Positions 57,523 to 63,309 of a stretch of 64,000 nt of DNA are shown piece by piece. The translations under genes and the position numbers were made by a program. How positions within the stretch are numbered: position 1 is the stretch's first letter; every line of letters begins with the position of its first letter. The notes under the pieces are model-generated. The model ran no database searches and had not been told where the DNA came from. It was given only the letters and a program-made list of their open reading frames with translations. This DNA comes from Streptococcus mitis (GTDB lineage Bacteria > Bacillota > Bacilli > Lactobacillales > Streptococcaceae): the NCBI GenBank assembly GCA_963515655.1, contig CAUPZW010000008.1, positions 5,019 through 69,018 of the forward strand, written 5' to 3'.

Positions 57523-57802
57523 GAGCTTGGAAAATTTGGAATTAAAAACTGATTTTAAAAATTCATGATTAAGCCTTTTATGGGTGGTCATAATTGATGT
57601 TTACAAAATTTTAAGAAAAATCAGGACAATAGTGATATATTTAAGAAGCTAATTCATAGATTATCTGATATATCCGTCCAAGATCTTGAAAAAATTGATT
57701 GACTGTTAGATATCATTTTCATTCCATATCAAGAATCAAAACAACTAAAAACAGAAGTAGTGTTTAGATAGGAAACTTTTTTAGATGTTAGAGACCCTGA
57801 TT

Positions 57803-57958
57803 TTATGATAAAATAAGTAGAAGATTTATATTTGTAGTTAATCTTATGTCCTTGTAAAATTTTTGTATTTTTAAATGTTTTTTTAAGAAATAATATTTTA
57901 AATACAGAGATAAAATATAGCCAAATAAAGAGTAGTGTAAAATTTGAATTGCCTTCAT
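57803..57958 (-). CDS. Possible 51-aa hydrophobic/basic peptide, divergent from the LytTR operon
   Basis: An AAAGGAAAG RBS lies 4 nt upstream of the ATG. The product is MKAIQILHYSLFGYILSLYLKYYFLKKHLKIQKFYKDIRLTTNINLLLILS. The context is AT-rich, so chance ORFs are likely. Confidence 0.25.
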   Translation of the reverse strand: MKAIQILHYSLFGYILSLYLKYYFLKKHLKIQKFYKDIRLTTNINLLLILS

Positions 57959-58067
57959 AGCTTTCCTTTCATTAGAAATTAGTTTATCAAATGAAGAAAG
58001 ATTAATATTATTGAGATACTAAAAAGTATCTATTTTATCCTGAAATGTCTAAATTAAGAAAATTTTT

Positions 58068-58098
58068 ACAATTTGAGATAGTATAGAAACCATTTGAG
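58068..58098 (+). promoter_or_regulatory. LytTR-type direct-repeat operator (two 10-mers in 21-bp phase)
   Basis: The sequence is ACAATTTGAG-atagtatagaa-ACCATTTGAG, with 9 of 10 positions identical and starts exactly 21 bp apart. It lies 61 bp upstream of the 58159 ATG. Candidate -10 elements are TATAAT at 58104 and TGATAAGAT at 58126. Confidence 0.55.
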
Positions 58099-58158
58099 AT
58101 TTTTATAATTTAATTTCCATCATTCTGATAAGATTAAACTTATAGAAGGAGGCTAAAT

Positions 58159-58491
58159 ATGAAAGACTATATTTTATATCAAGATAGAGCTATCGTAAAG
58201 GTACCACTCTCTAAAATTTATTATGTTACAACTCACCCAACAAAAGCTCATGCTGTTCTTTTTGTAACAGCAGAAGGGAATTTTGAAGCTTCAACCTCAC
58301 TAGCTAAAATCGAAGAGGAAAGTACAGAAGAACTTATTAGATGCCATAGAAAGTTTCTTGTGAATAAAGATAAAATAGCAGGATTTAATCATGAGACAAG
58401 AACGATTATGTTTATGGATGATAGAGTATCAGACATCGCTTGTTCTAGAAGACACTTTACAATATTAAAAAATCAGTGGAAAAATATATAG
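58159..58491 (+). CDS. Stand-alone LytTR DNA-binding domain protein (BlpS-like)
   Basis: An AGGAGG RBS precedes it. The 110-aa product aligns by eye with the C-terminal LytTR domain of the next gene (IYYV/LLYIET, CHRKFLVN/CHRSFIVN) and has no receiver domain. Confidence 0.8.
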   Translation: MKDYILYQDRAIVKVPLSKIYYVTTHPTKAHAVLFVTAEGNFEASTSLAKIEEESTEELIRCHRKFLVNKDKIAGFNHETRTIMFMDDRVSDIACSRRHFTILKNQWKNI

Positions 58492-58501
58492 GAGTGAAGT
58501 A

Positions 58502-59242
58502 GTGAATATTTTTATACTAGAAGATAATTTTTTACAACAGACTAGAATTGAAAATGTTGTCAAAAAAATTTTGGTGGATAATAAGATTGAGTATAGGCAT
58601 TTTGAGGTTTATGGAAAACCTCAACAGCTTTTAGAGGACATTTCAGAGAGAGGAAATCATCAATTATTTTTACTTGATATTGAAATAAAAGATGATGACA
58701 AAAGAGGATTAGACGTTGCTAGAGAAATTAGAAAACTTGATTCTCAAGCAGTGATTGCTTTTGTAACATCACATTCTGAGTTTATGCCTGTATCTTTTGA
58801 ATATTTAGTATCGGCTATCGATTTTATTGATAAAGAATTACCTGAACCGACATTTATAAAACGTCTTGAAAATGTTATTTTAAATGTTAGTAACAATCAA
58901 GGAAGAACAGTATCTGAGGACTCTTTTATATTTACAGGATCTAAAGCTCAAATTCAAGTCCCTTTTAAAGATTTATTGTATATTGAGACATCGTCAATCG
59001 CCCATAAGTTGACACTCTATTCAAAACGAGACATAGTTGAATTTTATGGACAATTATCCGAAATCATAGAACAGGAACCACGTTTATTTCAATGTCATAG
59101 ATCATTTATCGTAAATCCTTATAATATATCTTCAATTGATAAAGAAAATCGGGTAGTTCATTTTCAAAACGGGTCCTCTTGCATTGTCTCTAGATTAAAA
59201 ATACGGTCACTTATGAAAGCTGTTGAAAGACTACATGACTAA
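58502..59242 (+). CDS. LytTR-family response regulator (ComE/BlpR/AgrA type)
   Basis: It has a receiver domain (ILEDN..., LFLLDIEI phospho-Asp region) and a C-terminal LytTR domain. It starts with GTG after an AGGAG RBS. Confidence 0.9.
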   Translation: MNIFILEDNFLQQTRIENVVKKILVDNKIEYRHFEVYGKPQQLLEDISERGNHQLFLLDIEIKDDDKRGLDVAREIRKLDSQAVIAFVTSHSEFMPVSFEYLVSAIDFIDKELPEPTFIKRLENVILNVSNNQGRTVSEDSFIFTGSKAQIQVPFKDLLYIETSSIAHKLTLYSKRDIVEFYGQLSEIIEQEPRLFQCHRSFIVNPYNISSIDKENRVVHFQNGSSCIVSRLKIRSLMKAVERLHD

Positions 59243-59252
59243 GGAGATTTAG

Positions 59253-60578
59253 ATGGTATTTTTGCTAGATATTATAAGTGTTTTTCTATTGTTATGTATC
59301 CATGCTAGGGTTGTAGATGAGCGATTAAATCTAAAAAAACTAGTAGTGTCCATTATTCTGTACTATCTTTCAATATTACTATTCATTGTTGTATTTAAAT
59401 CAACAGAATTTTATTTTTTTGGGTCGTTATTGATTTATCCCACTTTTTTTATCTTGTATACTTTGTCTATTGGTGAATTAAGAAGTAAGGTCTCTTTATT
59501 ACTTTTTTACTCATTATTTCCACTTGGATTTTGGGATGTCATCAGAAATTTTTTAGGTTACTTTATAATTTCTAAGATTCCAATATTGTATAGACTATAT
59601 GAAACTAATCTAGGAACAATGATTTTCTCTTTATTAGCTGAAATTATTGTGTTTTTTCTTATTAGTCTCTTTCGATATAATTTTAGTCATTTAAAAATAA
59701 AGAACTTGGATAGAAAGACAAAATTTATTTTAATTACTGCGGATACTTTAATGCTAGCTTATTTTATCTTACCATCTTATATAAACTACAGTGATAAAGT
59801 AAGTTGGGATAGAATGTTGGATTATAAAGAATTATTGACAGCAGTTTACTTTTTATTGTTTATTTGTTTTGTTAATCTATTGGATAGAAAATTACTTCAA
59901 GAATTACAGGAGAAAGTCGTTCTACAAAAAGAAATTCAATTGCAAAATCTTAGTAATTATAGTCAACAAGTTGAGGGGCTGTATCAAGAAATTAGAAGCT
60001 TTAGACATGATTATGCTAATATTTTGTCAAGCTTAAAAATAGGTATAGATCAAAAAGATATTAATATGGTTTCTCAAGTCTATGATAGTGTTTTGAAAAA
60101 TTCTGGTGAAAAATTAAAAGGCAAGCGTTTTGATGTAGCACATCTAAGAAATATCAATGATTTGGCGCTAAAGAGTTTACTATTATCTAAGTTATCGGAG
60201 GCTCAAAACTTATCTGTTCCAGTTTCCCTGGAGATTAGTGAACAGTTCTCTATTAAAAATATGGAACAAATTGACTTCTTAACAATTACTTCTATCTTGT
60301 TAGATAATGCTATAGAGTCCTCAGCAGAGGGAGGAATAGCAGTTTGTTTCCTTGAAGATAGAGAATGGAATAAATTAGTCATGATTGTTAAAAATTCTAC
60401 TTTAGAAAGAGAGATCGAACTGAGAGATATATTCAAGCGTGACAATTCTTCAAAAGGAGTAGGACGGGGTATAGGATTGGCCAATGTTCGAAGAATCTTA
60501 AAATCTTATCCAAATGTATGTTTGAAAACTACAAGTAAAAATTATGTCTTTACACAGATTTTGGAAATAGAACTTTAA
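59253..60578 (+). CDS. HPK10-family peptide-sensing histidine kinase (AgrC/ComD/BlpH type)
   Basis: It has about six N-terminal TM segments, the H-box FRHDYANIL, the N-box LLDNAIES and the G-box SSKGVGRGIGLANV. Confidence 0.9.
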   Translation: MVFLLDIISVFLLLCIHARVVDERLNLKKLVVSIILYYLSILLFIVVFKSTEFYFFGSLLIYPTFFILYTLSIGELRSKVSLLLFYSLFPLGFWDVIRNFLGYFIISKIPILYRLYETNLGTMIFSLLAEIIVFFLISLFRYNFSHLKIKNLDRKTKFILITADTLMLAYFILPSYINYSDKVSWDRMLDYKELLTAVYFLLFICFVNLLDRKLLQELQEKVVLQKEIQLQNLSNYSQQVEGLYQEIRSFRHDYANILSSLKIGIDQKDINMVSQVYDSVLKNSGEKLKGKRFDVAHLRNINDLALKSLLLSKLSEAQNLSVPVSLEISEQFSIKNMEQIDFLTITSILLDNAIESSAEGGIAVCFLEDREWNKLVMIVKNSTLEREIELRDIFKRDNSSKGVGRGIGLANVRRILKSYPNVCLKTTSKNYVFTQILEIEL

Positions 60579-61098
60579 AAGAGCTATCATTCTTAGGATA
60601 TTCTATTGAATATTTTAAGGAGGGGCTCTTTTGTTATAGCTTTATAGACATTTAAATGCTCAATTTATAGCAAACATAGGAATTCTGACGTAACCATTTT
60701 ATGGTGACTCTCTTTCATTACTTTGATTCTAGGGTCAGGGGCCAAATGATAAGATGGTCTTTTTTTTAATAGATAAGGTATTCATTAATGGAAACTATGG
60801 AGGGGTAAGGAATTTCCTCTATGTTAAAGAGGATCATATCAGTTTGAATGGCTCTGGTTTCAAAGTCTATTTCTTTGGATTACATGATGATAGTAAGGTA
60901 AGTTGTACCTTCCTTATTTTTTAGCTAGTTCCTGTAAATGAGTTAGGAAATAGTCATAACAATAAAACTGGGCAAAAAAGCTAGAGTGACGAGTTCACAA
61001 TATCTAGCATCGATTTGTGGAACAAATTTTAAAATGGTTTATTTTTAATATTGAAAGGTTACAAATCATGAAAAAATACGTTTCGTGATGAAAAAAGT

Positions 61099-61203
61099 AC
61101 ATTTAAAGACTTTGTGGTAAAAATCTCTTCTTTCCTGATATACTGAACTTGTCAAGGTTATAATCTCATAAAATCATATATTATAGAGGATCTACTCATC
61201 GTG
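61099..61203 (+). promoter_or_regulatory. Duplicated promoter module, copy 1 (drives the 76-aa membrane ORF)
   Basis: It shares the runs ACTTTGTGGTAAAAATC (17 nt), TATACTGAACTTGTCAAG (18 nt) and TTATAATCT (-10) with copy 2. It ends in a decayed leader start, GTGGAAGCAAAAACAACTCATTCAAAATAG. Confidence 0.6.
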
Positions 61204-61255
61204 GAAGCAAAAACAACTCATTCAAAATAGTTTTAAAAAAAGAAGAGGTGCTAAT

Positions 61256-61486
61256 ATGTTAAATGAAACTATGATTCAGCTTATACTCATTGCGATTTGT
61301 TGCATGTACATTATTTTTAACACCAAGGCTGATAAAAACCCAAAGAGAGGATATCGTACAGCTTTGTACCTTTTCGTTTTGGCTGGTATTATATCGTATA
61401 TTATGAACTATCTAAATTGGTTAGATTTTTTCTTATTAATAACTCCGATAATGTGTCTATTTAAATTTGAAGATAAGTGGAGTTAG
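61256..61486 (+). CDS. 76-aa three-TM membrane protein (bacteriocin immunity-like)
   Basis: A GAGGTG RBS precedes it. It has three hydrophobic segments and sits behind promoter-module copy 1 in the bacteriocin islet. Confidence 0.5.
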   Translation: MLNETMIQLILIAICCMYIIFNTKADKNPKRGYRTALYLFVLAGIISYIMNYLNWLDFFLLITPIMCLFKFEDKWS

Positions 61487-61488
61487 CA

Positions 61489-61591
61489 GCATGTAAATAC
61501 TTTGTGGTAAAAATCGATTTTGTACTGCTATACTGAACTTGTCAAGATTATAATCTGACAAAAAATACCTATTATATAGGAGGTATCCATT
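61489..61591 (+). promoter_or_regulatory. Duplicated promoter module, copy 2 (drives the GG-leader peptide operon)
   Basis: It has the same conserved blocks as copy 1, with the -10 TATAAT at about 61549 and the AGGAGG RBS at 61578-61583. Confidence 0.6.
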
Positions 61592-61789
61592 GTGAATATA
61601 AAAACTATCGAACAAGTTAATGTGCGAAAAGCTGATACTCTTGCTACTGTTGAAGGAGGTAAAAATGACTTGACATGTATTTTAGATACGGCAGGGATGG
61701 TTGAGATAGGCTTTTTCAACGCTGATCCTGTTAGTGTTACATTTGCGATTTCAACAGGCGGGCTAGCGGCAGAAAGTTTTTGTAAATAA
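61592..61789 (+). CDS. Double-glycine-leader class II bacteriocin-like precursor (23-aa leader + 42-aa mature peptide)
   Basis: It starts with GTG 8 nt after AGGAGG. The leader MNIKTIEQVNVRKADTLATVEGG fits the GG-leader pattern (hydrophobic at -4, -7 and -15). The mature peptide is KNDLTCILDTAGMVEIGFFNADPVSVTFAISTGGLAAESFCK. Confidence 0.75.
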   Translation: MNIKTIEQVNVRKADTLATVEGGKNDLTCILDTAGMVEIGFFNADPVSVTFAISTGGLAAESFCK

Positions 61790-61932
61790 TGAGAAAAATA
61801 ATTAGTATATTTTATATTATTTCTCTAGGAATCTTGTCTTTACTAAAGTCACAAGATATTGTTGATATCATAGCAACTCTACTATTGATTTGTATAGGTT
61901 TAAAAGGAATAAACCAAAAGGGAACTTTATAA
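61789..61932 (+). CDS. 47-aa two-TM peptide (immunity-like), below the ORF-track cutoff
   Basis: Its ATG overlaps the TAA of the bacteriocin gene (TAATG). The product is MRKIISIFYIISLGILSLLKSQDIVDIIATLLLICIGLKGINQKGTL. Confidence 0.45.
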   Translation: MRKIISIFYIISLGILSLLKSQDIVDIIATLLLICIGLKGINQKGTL

Positions 61933-61936
61933 GGTT

Positions 61937-62116
61937 GTGACGACTATAATTTTTAGCCTCATTACATGTTTGGACAATGTTTCATTTGTTAATTTCCAAA
62001 TTGAGAATGGGGGTATTGTAACTAACTGTGATTGTGAGTCAACTAAAGATGTCATGGCTAATGGTTGGATATCATCATTGGGGAGGAGATATTGGATTTT
62101 AGCTTATAGAGGATAA
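61937..62116 (+). CDS. Possible second GG-containing peptide (59 aa), speculative
   Basis: The frame is open from the GTG at 61937. The product is (M)TTIIFSLITCLDNVSFVNFQIENGG/IVTNCDCESTKDVMANGWISSLGRRYWILAYRG. The RBS is poor and the leader deviates from consensus. Confidence 0.25.
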   Translation: MTTIIFSLITCLDNVSFVNFQIENGGIVTNCDCESTKDVMANGWISSLGRRYWILAYRG

Positions 62117-62119
62117 TTT

Positions 62120-62419
62120 ATGGATAAGAGAACAGAAGAAATTCTTAATAAGATTTATAATTTGATTTTAGATACAGATATTCATAAAAATGAACGAGAT
62201 ATTTTATTACGTTATAAAATTCTATTAGAGAATACAAAAAATGAGCAGAGAGTTGTCATGGAGTTGGCTGAAGCTCTTCGTCAGCAGGCTGTTAGTGGGA
62301 TTAATAGTCACAAATCAATGAGCCCAAAGGTTGCGACATTTTATAAAGAAATTGCCACATATGGACAATTGAGTAAAAATCTAGCTCAAGGATTAATTTC
62401 TTTTGGTATAACGAGATAA
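62120..62419 (+). CDS. Four-helix-bundle bacteriocin immunity protein (enterocin A immunity-like family)
   Basis: The 99-aa product is predicted all-helical. Its N-terminal EEILNKIYNLILD...NERDILL pattern resembles streptococcal class II immunity proteins. Confidence 0.6.
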   Translation: MDKRTEEILNKIYNLILDTDIHKNERDILLRYKILLENTKNEQRVVMELAEALRQQAVSGINSHKSMSPKVATFYKEIATYGQLSKNLAQGLISFGITR

Positions 62420-62494
62420 GGAAAATGAGCAGAAAAAACTTACCAAGTTTTTAACAAGACAAAAAATTTTTTATATAAATCTAAGGAAGTATTC

Positions 62495-62572
62495 ATGATG
62501 AGACAATTTGAAGTAATATTGTCCAGCATTGAAGGTGGACTTTCATGTTTTGAGAAGGAATTGTTGCTTTAG
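62495..62572 (+). CDS. 25-aa GG-leader peptide (MMRQFEVILSSIEGG/LSCFEKELLL), either a short signal peptide or a frameshifted bacteriocin
   Basis: A good AAGGAAG RBS lies 5 nt upstream. The neighbouring frame (62554-62631) reads EGIVALGGHGGAIISFLGRTGDIES*, a Gly-rich bacteriocin-like tail. Confidence 0.4.
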   Translation: MMRQFEVILSSIEGGLSCFEKELLL

Positions 62573-62638
62573 GAGGACATGGTGGAGCTATTATAAGCTT
62601 TTTGGGAAGAACTGGAGATATAGAAAGTTGAGGTACAG

Positions 62639-62812
62639 ATGAAGCATCGTTTAATAATTGCAATTAGTTTTATAATGACTGGGATAGCCATTAACATTTT
62701 ATTCGAATCAAATACTATTATTCATAAATTTATTGCTATATTAGGTCTGAGTATGTATTATAGAGGTGTTTTTAGAGAGTATAAAAATTTTAAAAACAAT
62801 TCAGATTTTTAA
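62639..62812 (+). CDS. 57-aa two-TM peptide (immunity-like), below the ORF-track cutoff
   Basis: A GAGG RBS lies 5 nt upstream. The product is MKHRLIIAISFIMTGIAINILFESNTIIHKFIAILGLSMYYRGVFREYKNFKNNSDF. Confidence 0.45.
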   Translation: MKHRLIIAISFIMTGIAINILFESNTIIHKFIAILGLSMYYRGVFREYKNFKNNSDF

Positions 62813-62971
62813 ATTTTATATTAAATCACGTAATTTGTGTGGCCTTAAAATTTGTGATTTAATAAACTTTATAAAATTGTAAAACAAAAAAAGTACCTAA
62901 TAGCATACTGAATACTTTGGATCAATAGTCATGTAACAAAAAAAGAACAGCTGAAACTGTTCTTTTTATCA

Positions 62972-63214
62972 TTATTTGAGACCGTATTTTTTGTTGAAAC
63001 GATCCACGCGTCCATCTGCTTGAGTGAACTTTTGACGTCCAGTGTAGAATGGGTGTGAGTCTGATGAAATTTCCACACGGATCAATGGGTAAGTTTCGCC
63101 TTCGAACTCAACTGTTTCGTTAGAGCGTTTTGTTGAACCGCTAAGGAATTGGTAACCAGTAGTTGTGTCCATGAAGACAACTGGGCGATATTCTGGATGG
63201 ATATCTTTTTTCAT
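62972..63214 (-). CDS. rpmE2: 50S ribosomal protein L31 type B (no CxxC zinc motif)
   Basis: It starts [16 protein letters not shown] after an AAAGGAA RBS. The track's 63256 start is an upstream extension. A bidirectional terminator lies at 62940-62970. Confidence 0.92.
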
Positions 63215-63309
63215 TTTGCAATATTTCCTTTCTGCCATGGTCTCTTTGCGAGCCATAGATTGTTACCATACTAGTCTATCAGATTCTGAAAAGTTTGGCA
63301 AGTATTTTA

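Noticed and set aside
60754-60924. A 56-aa ORF (MVFFLIDKVFINGNYGGVRNFLYVKEDHISLNGSGFKVYFFGLHDDSKVSCTFLIF) containing a Gly-Gly.
   Set aside because: The residues before the GG do not fit a double-glycine leader (no E/L pattern at -8, -7 and -4), and no RBS is present. It is most likely a chance frame or gene relic, so I only mention it within the spacer finding.
61078-61108. ACGTTTCGTG and ACATTTAAAG, 21 bp apart upstream of promoter-module copy 1, considered as a second LytTR box.
   Set aside because: The half-sites are only weakly similar to each other and to the 58068 box, and the upstream half-site is not conserved in copy 2. I mention it in the promoter-module finding but do not call it as a feature.
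61528-61719. A 63-aa minus-strand ORF overlapping the GG-leader peptide gene.
   Set aside because: It is antisense to a gene with a clear RBS, leader and promoter. It has no RBS of its own.
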